Below are positions 1 through 8,562 of a DNA stretch of 64,000 nucleotides, piece by piece. Position 1 is the first letter of the stretch. Every line of letters begins with the position of its first letter. Source of the stretch: Syntrophaceae bacterium (GTDB lineage: Bacteria > Desulfobacterota > Syntrophia > Syntrophales > UBA5619). Below the pieces are notes generated by a model. That model did not search any database. It was not told the origin of the DNA and saw only the letters and a list, made by a program, of their open reading frames with translations. The stretch covers positions 26,238 through 90,237 of the forward strand of contig PLLC01000024.1 of NCBI GenBank assembly GCA_003141195.1, given 5' to 3'. The translations under genes were made by a program, and so were the position numbers.

Positions 1-106
1 CGACGCCGCCCTGATTGCCTCGATGGTCCACTACCGGACACATACCATCTCGGAAATCAAGAACTTTCTCCACGACCACGGTGTGAAGACAAGGCTGCAA
101 TGGTAG
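1..106 (+). CDS. hisF: 3' end of HisF-like imidazole glycerol phosphate synthase cyclase subunit (5' part outside window)
   Basis: Open frame from position 2 reads DAALIASMVHYRTHTISEIKNFLHDHGVKTRLQW, then TAG at 104-106. This resembles the conserved HisF C-terminus (ADAALAAS.FH....I.E.K.YL...G..VR). Absent from the ORF track because no start lies in the window. Confidence 0.5.
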   Translation, partial: DAALIASMVHYRTHTISEIKNFLHDHGVKTRLQW

Positions 107-209
107 GAAGGGAGGCTCTCCTCTGAAAAAACCCTCTAATCATGGGTAGTTGCCAATTTCATGATGGACCTTCGGAACTCTATTTAAGTATGATAAAGGA
201 GGTTGCGCG

Positions 210-1571
210 ATGCGGTGGAATCAGCGGGGAAGCAAAGGGATCCTGGCGGCATTCTGTGCATTGGCGGTTCTCATATCGCCGGCGTGGTTGATGGCCTGGA
301 GTGAGCATCCCCTCGTCACCTATCCCGTGCTGGCGGACATGCCCGGCGTGGCGGATGCCCAGGCCTTTGAAGTGGAAAGCATCGAGTCCTTCCTTAGTGC
401 AGAGGGGCCGAGGATCGAGGAACGGCTTGCTGAAGAGGAAGCCTGGGCGAAAAAAAATCTCGTCTGGTATCCCCCCCTTCCCGAGTCGCTCGTCTTCAAG
501 GCATCCGGCAGTCCCGACAACCTCCGGGAACGTTTCTGCTGGGCCATCCGTATCAATCCGCGGGTCAAATTCCCCCTTTACATGCAGCTCCTGCCCGGGA
601 ATCCGCCCGGGGAAAGGCCCACCTTGCGACCAGCCGACATCAGTTTCCTCGGGGATATTTCCGACTGGGATAAGACCCGTTTTGTCTCGCTGAAGGACGG
701 CGAGAGCGTGAGGTCGCTGGATGTGGTCGTCTCGGCCACGGACGAACCGGATCTCCTCGGTCTCGATATCGGGCTGTTTGAAGACAATTCCACGGATTTC
801 GGAAAGCGGTATGGATTCGGTCTCCAGCCCTTCGGCAATCCCAATCTGGAATACGGGAGCCAGGCGCCGTTCCACATGGGCTTTTACCATGAGTCCGGCA
901 TCATGTACTTCTTCGCGGGTTTCCTGAAAAAGAGCCTCCCGGAAGCACGGATCCATCTGTACAAGGGACTCGCCCAACTCGCCTTCGAGAGCGGGCATCC
1001 CTACTGGGGATGGCGGTTTACGGGTTTGGGCCTCCATTATCTGGCGGATCTGGCCCAGCCCTACCATGCCACCGCGCTGCCCGGCGTCAGTACCGTTCAC
1101 GCCCTCTGGATCAACACGATCGATATGCTCGGCATCCACGGCCCCAAGGCCGACGCGGTCCAGCTCGTGTCCAACCGGCATACGGCACTGGAGAAGTTTG
1201 CGCAGGTTTATCTTCAGAGGGCCTATCAAAAAGGGGAGAGCAACAACCTGATTCTGGCAGCCCTGCGCTCCGCCGCGGATGGAACCCCTTACGGGGACGG
1301 CGTCCCACGAAATGTGGTTTCCCGGCTGGCCCACGACAAGGCTGAACAAACGGACGAGATCTTGGAGCAAGCGATGCCGAAAAAGTTTGTTTCGGATCCC
1401 GGTTTCGAGCTGGGAACGAGCGCGGAGAGGAGGCAGATCGTGGAACGGGCTGTGAAGGAAAAGGGCCAGGCGGCAGTCGATCGATTGACCATGCTGCTCC
1501 GGGACCTGTTGACTCCCTTTGCCACCCATGGACGCAGCTATGTCCGGGCGGTCCTGAAAGCCGACCGCTGA
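210..1571 (+). CDS. secreted zinc-dependent phospholipase C / P1-nuclease superfamily protein
   Basis: 453-aa ORF with AAAGGAGG 6 nt upstream of the ATG. Signal peptide ends ...WLMA|WSEH, giving a mature N-terminal Trp as in PLC/P1 nucleases. GLHYLADLAQPYHAT resembles the HYLGD..QP.HA zinc-ligand motif of bacterial PLCs. Confidence 0.55.
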   Translation: MRWNQRGSKGILAAFCALAVLISPAWLMAWSEHPLVTYPVLADMPGVADAQAFEVESIESFLSAEGPRIEERLAEEEAWAKKNLVWYPPLPESLVFKASGSPDNLRERFCWAIRINPRVKFPLYMQLLPGNPPGERPTLRPADISFLGDISDWDKTRFVSLKDGESVRSLDVVVSATDEPDLLGLDIGLFEDNSTDFGKRYGFGLQPFGNPNLEYGSQAPFHMGFYHESGIMYFFAGFLKKSLPEARIHLYKGLAQLAFESGHPYWGWRFTGLGLHYLADLAQPYHATALPGVSTVHALWINTIDMLGIHGPKADAVQLVSNRHTALEKFAQVYLQRAYQKGESNNLILAALRSAADGTPYGDGVPRNVVSRLAHDKAEQTDEILEQAMPKKFVSDPGFELGTSAERRQIVERAVKEKGQAAVDRLTMLLRDLLTPFATHGRSYVRAVLKADR

Positions 1572-1697
1572 GCGGCCCGAAAACGGCCGCCGTCTGGACT
1601 CTCCCGCTTCTCTGTTGTGTCGAGGATCATCCGGAAACCTTCATCCAAGTCTACGAGGAACGATTCGAGCGGACCTATGGATTGAAAGCGCCGCCGT

Positions 1698-1756
1698 AAG
1701 GTGTCGATCAGCATCTTCAAGTTTGGCTTTCCGATCCGGTCGATCACCTCTTTCGC
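1698..1756. repeat. 59-bp near-identical copy (58/59) of an internal segment of the TIM-barrel gene at 6856-6914; gene-fragment relic
   Basis: Direct comparison: aaggtgtcgatcagcatcttca[a/g]gtttggctttccgatccggtcgatcacctctttcgc. The minus strand encodes AKEVIDRIGKPNLKMLIDT in both copies. Here it is flanked by a stop codon and unrelated sequence. Confidence 0.9.
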
Positions 1757-2084
1757 CGGCATTTAGTGGAAAGTACATGGACGTTAACCTGACGATCCGT
1801 TTCCCGTGCGGCTCCGGGGATGGCGATTACTGCACCGGGAACAAGTCTCTGTGTTTTCATGGTCCGGCGGTCGGTGACCGTCAACGATCTTGCTAACGGC
1901 AGACCGATTTTGTATAATGCACCAGCCATGAATCGGCCGGGGTCTTGTCATCAAAGGTTGCGTTATAGGCGTCGCCACTTCGGCGAGCCCTGTTGGTTTG
2001 CCTGTTGGACATCGATCCAGCCCCTTTGAACACCCCGGCCTAATGCTCTCTTCGATGGCAATTTCGTCGAGCGAGGGGTAGAAG

Positions 2085-3413
2085 ATGGACCGTAAAATCA
2101 TCGAGAGGTTATCTCCAAGATCATGGACACCCAGGTTGATCGTATTGATGTCGATCACCCTGGTCTCCCTTTTGCTGATCTATCACTTCGTCCGACCCAT
2201 TCCCCCGAATACCTTGACCATGACCACCGGGATGGAGGGAGGGTCGTTCGTTGTTTTCGCCGAGCGGTATCGGCAAGTGCTGGCCCGCGACGGCATCCGG
2301 GTCAAATTGCTTCCCTCGTCGGGGGTCGTTGAGAACCTGCGGCTGTTGAACGACGAATCGCACGGGGTTGATGCGTCTTTCGCCCAGGGGGCGATCGACA
2401 AGGGTGAGATCGCATCAAATCTGGTGTCACTGGGCAGCCTCACCTACACCCCCCTGTGGGTCTTTTATCGGGGTGATGAAACCCTCGATGACCTGTCGCA
2501 ACTCAGAGGGAAGCGGATCGGCATCGGACCCAAGGGAAGCGGCATCCAAAAGCTCTCTCTAAACCTGCTCAGGACCGCCAACGCAGCCGATCCCCCTACG
2601 GTCTTGTACGAGTATCCCTACAACACCGCCATGGAGGCGATCATGGCGGGCAGGGTGGATGCGGTCATGGCGTTGGGTTCGGCCGACAGCCAGATGGTGA
2701 TGAAGCTGCTCCATGCCAATGGGATCAAACTAATGAACTTCAGCCAGGCCGAGGCCTATACACGGCATTTCCCGGCACTGTCGCATGTGATTCTGCCCCG
2801 GGGGGTTTTGAGCCTGCCGAAGCGGTTTCCCCCTTCGGACATCCACCTATTGTCCCCGACGGCAAACCTCATCGTCCGCAAGAGTCTGCATCCCGCCCTG
2901 ATATATCTGCTTTTGAAGGCCTCGATGGAGATCCACAGCGGCGCGGGATGGGTTCATAAGGCGGGGGAATTCCCCTCGCTCAACAAGCAGGACTACCCGG
3001 TCAGCGAGCAGGCCGAGCGGTTTTATAAGTCGGGCGGCTCGCTGCTCTATCACTACCTTCCCTTCTGGGCCGCCACGTTCATCGACCGGATGATCCTGGT
3101 CCTGATTCCCCTGGGAATCCTTCTGTTCCCCGTCATTGGAATCATGCCGCGGATCTACCTCTGGCGAAACCGGTCGAAGTACTACCGCTGGTACCGTGAA
3201 CTGAGCAATATCGAGAAAGAATTGCTGGAGCATCCGCAACCGGAAATGCTCCAGAGTTTTCGGGCGCATCTTGAACGGATCGAAAAGGCCGTCAGCGATA
3301 TCCGCGTCTCGGTTGGTTTTTATGATCAGGTGTTCACGCTCAAAGAGCACATCCAGATGGTAAGGCAGAAACTGCTCCGTTTGAAGCACGAATCTCCGGA
3401 TAAGTTCGATTAA
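2085..3413 (+). CDS. TAXI-family (TRAP-associated) solute-binding domain protein with N- and C-terminal membrane segments
   Basis: 442-aa ORF. N-terminal TM helix, then TTGMEGGSFVVFAERYRQVLARDGIRVKLLPSSGVVENLRLL, typical of TAXI binding proteins. C-terminal hydrophobic helix plus coiled-coil tail. No TRAP permease gene adjacent. Confidence 0.6.
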   Translation: MDRKIIERLSPRSWTPRLIVLMSITLVSLLLIYHFVRPIPPNTLTMTTGMEGGSFVVFAERYRQVLARDGIRVKLLPSSGVVENLRLLNDESHGVDASFAQGAIDKGEIASNLVSLGSLTYTPLWVFYRGDETLDDLSQLRGKRIGIGPKGSGIQKLSLNLLRTANAADPPTVLYEYPYNTAMEAIMAGRVDAVMALGSADSQMVMKLLHANGIKLMNFSQAEAYTRHFPALSHVILPRGVLSLPKRFPPSDIHLLSPTANLIVRKSLHPALIYLLLKASMEIHSGAGWVHKAGEFPSLNKQDYPVSEQAERFYKSGGSLLYHYLPFWAATFIDRMILVLIPLGILLFPVIGIMPRIYLWRNRSKYYRWYRELSNIEKELLEHPQPEMLQSFRAHLERIEKAVSDIRVSVGFYDQVFTLKEHIQMVRQKLLRLKHESPDKFD

Positions 3414-3738
3414 TTTTTTGGTTTCCGGGTCTGGCCCATCGACGCCGGCCTGCAGGTCAGGTCGCCCAAGCCCGGATGATCTCCCGTCATGCCGTTGCGC
3501 CGGATCCGGTTGAGGCCCCGCAGTGACGCCAAGACCTGCAGAACGGTCCTCTTTTGTCCCGGTTCGGGCATTTCCCCTCCTACCTGTCGTATCTCACGCC
3601 GCATCTATGCAGGGTGTGCCATGTCCGGATCACCCCCGGTTTTAAAGGATCTGAGGTGGGCATGCGGACGAAATGAATCAGATAACCAGCGGTTAGTCAA
3701 GGAGTTTTTCTACCGGCAACGCTCGAAGGTGGAGAAGT

Positions 3739-4629
3739 TCATCGAGGGGATGGATCGCTGTATTTCTTCCGGATCAGGGCCTCCACTTCACGGATGTCCC
3801 GCCGGAAAGGGCCTTCCGCATCCATTTTCAGACTGGTCAGGGCGGCCGCCCAAATTATGGCTTCCTGTGGAGGCGCGCTGAGCCTGCGGGCCATGTAGGA
3901 GGCGATGCATGTATCCCCCCGGCCGCTGCGGCCCGTCAGCGTTTCAGGATGGAACCGGGCTTCATGAAAACGGTCCCCATCGTATACGAGAACCCCATCC
4001 CGGTGGGTCAGCACCACCTCTTTCGGACCCAGGTCGGCGATTTGTCCGGCTGCAACCCGCATATCCTTCTGCCCCGTGAGGTATTCGGCCTCCACGGCAT
4101 CGGTCTTCACGGTATCCACTTTGCTCAGGACCTTTTCTTTTTCCGGCCAGTCCTGAAAAACCATTCGACCCTCGTGAACCACGCGGACAAATCCCTGTAG
4201 ATCAATGGCGATCATGGCGTCTTTCTTCCGCAGCTCTTCGATCACGGTGAGCGGCACCTCGCCGCGGACCGAGGCGCCGACGACAAAGACCCTTGAGGCG
4301 ATCCCCTTCACCTCTGCAATCGTAAAAGGCCCCGCCGAACTGGTGACGTACAGAATGCGGTCATCCACGTTGGATGTCGGATACTCGAGGCGGAGGCAGG
4401 TCGAGTTGGGGGTCACTTTGGCAAATACGGCGACTCCCAGCGCTTTCAGTTCGTCTGCAACCTTCACATCCTCCCGGGCCAGACGGGTTATCGCGGCTAC
4501 CTTCAGCCCCATCCGGACCGCCGCATGGGATCCGTAATTGAAAGCGCCGCCGTCGACGACCCTCAGGCCTTCCGCGGAAACGATGGTGTCCTTGGTGTAA
4601 TGCCCCAGAAAGGCGATGTCGTAAACCAT
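3739..4629 (-). CDS. PfkB-family carbohydrate kinase (paralog 1)
   Basis: 296 aa. N-terminal DIAFLGHYTKD and C-terminal TGRSGRGDTCIASY (PfkB GAGD-type motif). Paralogous to 5544-6416 (shared WP.KEK...V...K.D and GRSGRGDTC/GRTGRGDTC). Confidence 0.8.
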   Translation of the reverse strand: MVYDIAFLGHYTKDTIVSAEGLRVVDGGAFNYGSHAAVRMGLKVAAITRLAREDVKVADELKALGVAVFAKVTPNSTCLRLEYPTSNVDDRILYVTSSAGPFTIAEVKGIASRVFVVGASVRGEVPLTVIEELRKKDAMIAIDLQGFVRVVHEGRMVFQDWPEKEKVLSKVDTVKTDAVEAEYLTGQKDMRVAAGQIADLGPKEVVLTHRDGVLVYDGDRFHEARFHPETLTGRSGRGDTCIASYMARRLSAPPQEAIIWAAALTSLKMDAEGPFRRDIREVEALIRKKYSDPSPR

Positions 4630-4656
4630 ATCCGTTGATTTCCAAAAAACGGGAAT

Positions 4657-5469
4657 TTACAAAAATTTCCGGATGGCGTCGATCCCTTTCTGTGCGACTT
4701 CTTCCGGCGGGCGGAACCAATACGCCGGTCTGAACATTTCCAGGGAAACGGGTCCGTCATAATGGATATTCTTCAGGCCGGCAACAATCTCCGCAAGAGG
4801 GATCACCCCTTCCCCCGGAAACAGCCGATGGGCGTCCTGCAATTCCGCTTTCGGCAATTTTTCGGCATCATTCATATGCAGGATGAATATCTTTTCCGGA
4901 TCCACATCCCGGATGGCGCCAACGGACGATCCCCCGGCGTAAAAATGAAAGGTATCCAGAACCAACCCGATATTCTCCCGATTCACCGCCTTGACGATCG
5001 CAAAGTCCTCTTCCAGGGTCGAAACGGAACACCAGCGGAAACCCAGGAACTCAAATGCAAACCTGACCTTGTAATCCCGAAATCGATCCGAGATTTCCAG
5101 AAGAACCCTAATCGATTCATCGAAGACTTCTTTGTCGGTCGCGCCTTTGGGTTTGGGGCTCGGAACGACCACGATAAAGGGGCAACTTAGGTAATCCGCC
5201 ATCTTGGCGTATCGTGCAATCAGGTTTAGCGTATTCGCTTTTTCCCATGAGGCGTTGAACGTGATGAACTCGACGGAGTTGATCGCCAGCGGCTTTACAT
5301 GCGCTTCCGCCAACAGCGTTCGCAGATCGTCCAGGCTGTGATCCAGGAGGTAGGCCTCCATCTTTTTTGCCCAGATTTCAATAAGATCGTAGCCCGCAAG
5401 GGAGGCTACCCGGATGTCTCCGGGAAGATCCGTTTTCATGGTAGAGGCGCCGTTGAATCCGATTTTCAT
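4657..5469 (-). CDS. sugar phosphate isomerase/epimerase (xylose isomerase-like TIM barrel), paralog 1
   Basis: 270 aa with AAAGGAGAA RBS. Pattern DLIEIW...FAFEF...LVLDTFHF...ILHMNDA is typical of the AP endonuclease 2/xylose isomerase-like TIM-barrel family. Confidence 0.8.
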   Translation of the reverse strand: MKIGFNGASTMKTDLPGDIRVASLAGYDLIEIWAKKMEAYLLDHSLDDLRTLLAEAHVKPLAINSVEFITFNASWEKANTLNLIARYAKMADYLSCPFIVVVPSPKPKGATDKEVFDESIRVLLEISDRFRDYKVRFAFEFLGFRWCSVSTLEEDFAIVKAVNRENIGLVLDTFHFYAGGSSVGAIRDVDPEKIFILHMNDAEKLPKAELQDAHRLFPGEGVIPLAEIVAGLKNIHYDGPVSLEMFRPAYWFRPPEEVAQKGIDAIRKFL

Positions 5470-5543
5470 GGTTGTTCTCCTTTAAAGTCATTCGCCGCAT
5501 CGCGGCCGTCCTGCAAGCCCCTGACCCGACAAGACCGGGACGG

Positions 5544-6416
5544 TCAGCGGGGAAGTGTTTTCATCCGCGCCAAAACCTCTTCTCGTGTCCCCAGGAAGGG
5601 ACCCGGTTTTTCCATCTTGAGGCTGGTGAGGGCGGCCGCATATCGCAACGACTCCTCGATTCCATGGGTCCGTCTCCAGCACACATAGGAGATAAAACAG
5701 GTATCGCCTCTTCCCGTTCTCCCCGAAAGATTGTCCGGGTTGAAGGGGGCACGGAACATCTTTTCCCCATTGTAAAGGATGACCTCCGAGGAATGGGTGA
5801 TCATCACCTCTTTTGCACCCAGGCGATGTAGGATTCCGGCTGCCTCCTCCCGATCGGACGTTCCTGTGGCCACCTCCGATTCCAGAGAGTCCGCCTTTAG
5901 ATATGTGACCAGCGGCAGAAATTTCTCTTTGTCGGGCCAGTCTTTAAAGGCAAACGTGCCGGCTTCGCTATACCGGAGCTTGGCCTGCAGATCCAGGGCG
6001 ACCTCCCCTTTCCGGGCAAGGTGAACGATCAAGGAATCCGGAAACTCTCCGACGAAAAGCCCCGCCAGAGAATAGATCTTTGCCTCCGCCGGAATATCCG
6101 CGGGATGGAAAGGGTCGGCCTGGGAGAGCAGCCGGACCTTTCTTCGATCCACGTCATCCGTTTCGAAAACATTCTCGATCGATGTCGTCCTGAGGCTTGG
6201 GATGGCCGTAACCTCGATGCCGTCTTTTTTGAGGCCGTCCAGAATCCCAAAATCCTTTGGGGCCAGTTTTGTGATGACGCAGAATCGGACATCGGACCGT
6301 CTGGCGGCAAAGGCGGAGAAGTAGGCCCCTCCGCCGATAAAGCCCGAGGCCTCTCCCTTGTAAACCAGAATATCACTCGTCACATGGCCGATAATTATGA
6401 TGTCGTAAGGGGGCAT
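5544..6416 (-). CDS. PfkB-family carbohydrate kinase (paralog 2)
   Basis: ORF track gives 5544-6497. The homologous N-terminus MPPYDIIIIGHVTSD starts at the ATG at 6416. C-terminal GRTGRGDTCFISY motif. Confidence 0.8.
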   Translation of the reverse strand: MPPYDIIIIGHVTSDILVYKGEASGFIGGGAYFSAFAARRSDVRFCVITKLAPKDFGILDGLKKDGIEVTAIPSLRTTSIENVFETDDVDRRKVRLLSQADPFHPADIPAEAKIYSLAGLFVGEFPDSLIVHLARKGEVALDLQAKLRYSEAGTFAFKDWPDKEKFLPLVTYLKADSLESEVATGTSDREEAAGILHRLGAKEVMITHSSEVILYNGEKMFRAPFNPDNLSGRTGRGDTCFISYVCWRRTHGIEESLRYAAALTSLKMEKPGPFLGTREEVLARMKTLPR

Positions 6417-6495
6417 ACCTTTACCCTTTCCGGAGAGTTTCCTGGATTTTCCTCCCCATCCCTTTTGAAAGCCTTGAAAATCTACCCTCTTTGTC

Positions 6496-6558
6496 ATTCC
6501 CGCGAAAGCGGGAATCCAGAAGGTCTTGAAAGGACTGGATTCCTGCTTCCGCAGGAAT
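6496..6558. repeat. pair of REP-like perfect 8-bp hairpins (ATTCCCGC-gaaa-GCGGGAAT and ATTCCTGC-ttcc-GCAGGAAT)
   Basis: Hairpin 1 at 6496-6515 and hairpin 2 at 6539-6558, in the 189-nt spacer between the TIM-barrel gene and the PfkB gene. A related hairpin lies at 45819-45840. Confidence 0.8.
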
Positions 6559-6605
6559 GAAGATTTGCCAAGTTTCGGCAGAAATTCAAAGGTCGCATTT
6601 TGTTT

Positions 6606-7421
6606 TTATAAACCAAGCTTTCCGAAATATTCGATCGTCAATCTCAAGCACTCGTCCGAAGTGGGTTTCGGCAGAATTTCGGCGCAGATCGCCCCCCGGT
6701 ATTTGATCCTTCGCAATGCACGGACGATTTTTTTGAAATCGATGTGGCCGCACCCGGGCGCCCACCGGTTGCTGTCCGCAAAATGCACATGGGAGATGTA
6801 ATCCCTGACGCCAAGGATGCTCCCGATGATATCCGGCTCCTCGATGTTCATGTGAAAGGTGTCGATCAGCATCTTCAGGTTTGGCTTTCCGATCCGGTCG
6901 ATCACCTCTTTCGCGGAGGCCGTATCGTTATAAAGGCTCGTTTCATAGCGATTGAGGGGTTCGAGGATGAGCGTAACGGCGGGATTGTAGTCCAGGCATT
7001 CCACCATGCACTCCTGCACACGTTCCTCCGCCTGGTTCGGATCCGCTCCCGGCTTCACCGTGCCCCGGATCAAGCCGATCGTAACCCGCGGAATTCCCAG
7101 TCTGGAGGCGAGATCCATTTGATCCTGGATCCGCTGAACGGCCTTCCTGCGGATCACCGGATCCGGGTCCGCGAAACTCAACCCCTCTTCTCCATAGGCC
7201 TGCCCCGTCCCGATGGTCGGAACAGGCAGCCGGTATTGATGCAACAGACTTCCAATCTCATCCGCGTCGATCCCGTGCGGATCCCGGATGTGAAGTTCGA
7301 CGGCGTCATAGCCCAACTCGGCCACTTTTCGGATGCTGTCCCGGAAATTCTCCTTGACGGCAAGGGCCGAAAAACGGGCGCCCGGGGTCGAGATGGCGAT
7401 ACACTTCTGCATCACAGTCAA
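6606..7421 (-). CDS. sugar phosphate isomerase/epimerase (xylose isomerase-like TIM barrel), IolO-like candidate, paralog 2
   Basis: 271 aa. TTG at 7421, or more likely ATG at 7412 preceded by GAGGGA. Motifs YDAVELH, LILEPLNRYE, MLIDTFHMNIEE, HVHFADSNR are typical of the family. Confidence 0.8.
   Translation of the reverse strand: MTVMQKCIAISTPGARFSALAVKENFRDSIRKVAELGYDAVELHIRDPHGIDADEIGSLLHQYRLPVPTIGTGQAYGEEGLSFADPDPVIRRKAVQRIQDQMDLASRLGIPRVTIGLIRGTVKPGADPNQAEERVQECMVECLDYNPAVTLILEPLNRYETSLYNDTASAKEVIDRIGKPNLKMLIDTFHMNIEEPDIIGSILGVRDYISHVHFADSNRWAPGCGHIDFKKIVRALRRIKYRGAICAEILPKPTSDECLRLTIEYFGKLGL
6856..6914. repeat. in-gene master copy of the 59-bp repeat found at 1698-1756
   Basis: 58/59 identity to 1698-1756 (single A/G difference at 1720 versus 6878). 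Confidence 0.9.
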
Positions 7422-7428
7422 GGTCCCT

Positions 7429-8544
7429 CTAAAATCCGATCCTCGGCAACTCGTAGACCGATTTCCAGCCCTCGCTCATGGGCTCTCTCAGGAACGGTTC
7501 CATATCCTTGGCGGTTCGCAGCGTCGTCTCTTCGACCGGGGGCACTTTCCCGGCAGGGAAGGCTTCCAGGATCTGATCGTTCACCAGGGTCAGATACTGC
7601 AGGATCGCGACGATCGGTCTTTTGGCCTTGCGTGCGGTGGCCAGGCTTGGTTTCCCCACGACCCCCTGCGGCGTGGCGGCCCGCTCGATCGGGGATTGGC
7701 CCTCGCCTTCGGACCAGCGGTGGGGACGGCGGAAGGGATCGACCGACTTGTCAAAATGGCCGTCCGGCAAATAGCTCCTCCCCTCCGCATCCTGAACCAC
7801 GCTCATGTCCACCATCCCGGGCGGGAAGAGCAGCAGACCCACGGATGTTTCTGCCTCGTCGGCATGGATGAAATGCGAATCGAGACTCAGGTCGTCGTCG
7901 GTCGGATAGAAGAATTCACGCACCGCCCGGTGCCAATCCAACACCCGGAAAATACCGGGCAGATGATAACGCTTCATGAATTCCTGCAACGCCGCTTCCA
8001 GCATCCACAACTGACCGTGGTTGTTGATGATGATCTGCTTGCGGAAACCGTCGTTCCACAGTCCGAGCATGACATAGATCAACGTCTCCCGGACCACCTC
8101 TTCCGGCATGATCACCGTCCCGGCCATTCCCATATGATGATAGGGATGACCGCCGTAATTGAGCGGCGGCAACGCCAGGTTGATCGGCTTTCCCTGCTTT
8201 GCGGTATAGCGCCGCACGCCTTCGGCAATCTGGGTCACCATGAACGTATCCAGTCCGCTGACCGTATGAATCCCATGGTTCTCGGTGCATCCCACCGGAA
8301 TCAGGACGATATCGTTTTTCCGTCTGTTCCGGATCAGTTCGTTTCGGACCGTCGTCTGGATATAGGTTCCCGCTTTGCCCAGCTCCGGCGCCGCGGGGAT
8401 GCCGTAATCCGCGAGAATCCGGTCGATCTCCGCCTCCGGCGCATCCCAAAGTCTCTTCTTCAGATGCCCCACGGTATTGTCTTCGAAGATGATGGCCGGG
8501 TTCTTCGTCGTCAGCCACACCTTGTCCCTGGCTTTTTCCGTCAT
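7429..8544 (-). CDS. creatininase/formamide-hydrolase family protein (IolN-like hydrolase candidate)
   Basis: 371 aa with AAGGAGG RBS. DIVLIPVGCTENHGIH matches the creatininase-family metal-binding motif (PvGs.EqHG.HLP). Confidence 0.7.
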   Translation of the reverse strand: MTEKARDKVWLTTKNPAIIFEDNTVGHLKKRLWDAPEAEIDRILADYGIPAAPELGKAGTYIQTTVRNELIRNRRKNDIVLIPVGCTENHGIHTVSGLDTFMVTQIAEGVRRYTAKQGKPINLALPPLNYGGHPYHHMGMAGTVIMPEEVVRETLIYVMLGLWNDGFRKQIIINNHGQLWMLEAALQEFMKRYHLPGIFRVLDWHRAVREFFYPTDDDLSLDSHFIHADEAETSVGLLLFPPGMVDMSVVQDAEGRSYLPDGHFDKSVDPFRRPHRWSEGEGQSPIERAATPQGVVGKPSLATARKAKRPIVAILQYLTLVNDQILEAFPAGKVPPVEETTLRTAKDMEPFLREPMSEGWKSVYELPRIGF

Positions 8545-8562
8545 GTGGTCCTCCTTATAATC

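Noticed and set aside
180-1529. 449-aa minus-strand ORF
   Set aside because: It is antisense to the signal-peptide-bearing PLC/P1-nuclease-like gene, which has a strong RBS. It has no motifs of its own.
3410-3604. 64-codon minus-strand ORF in the gap between the TAXI gene and the first PfkB gene
   Set aside because: It has no RBS or recognisable family, and its composition is typical of random GC-rich frames. The 325-nt convergent intergenic region is left unannotated.
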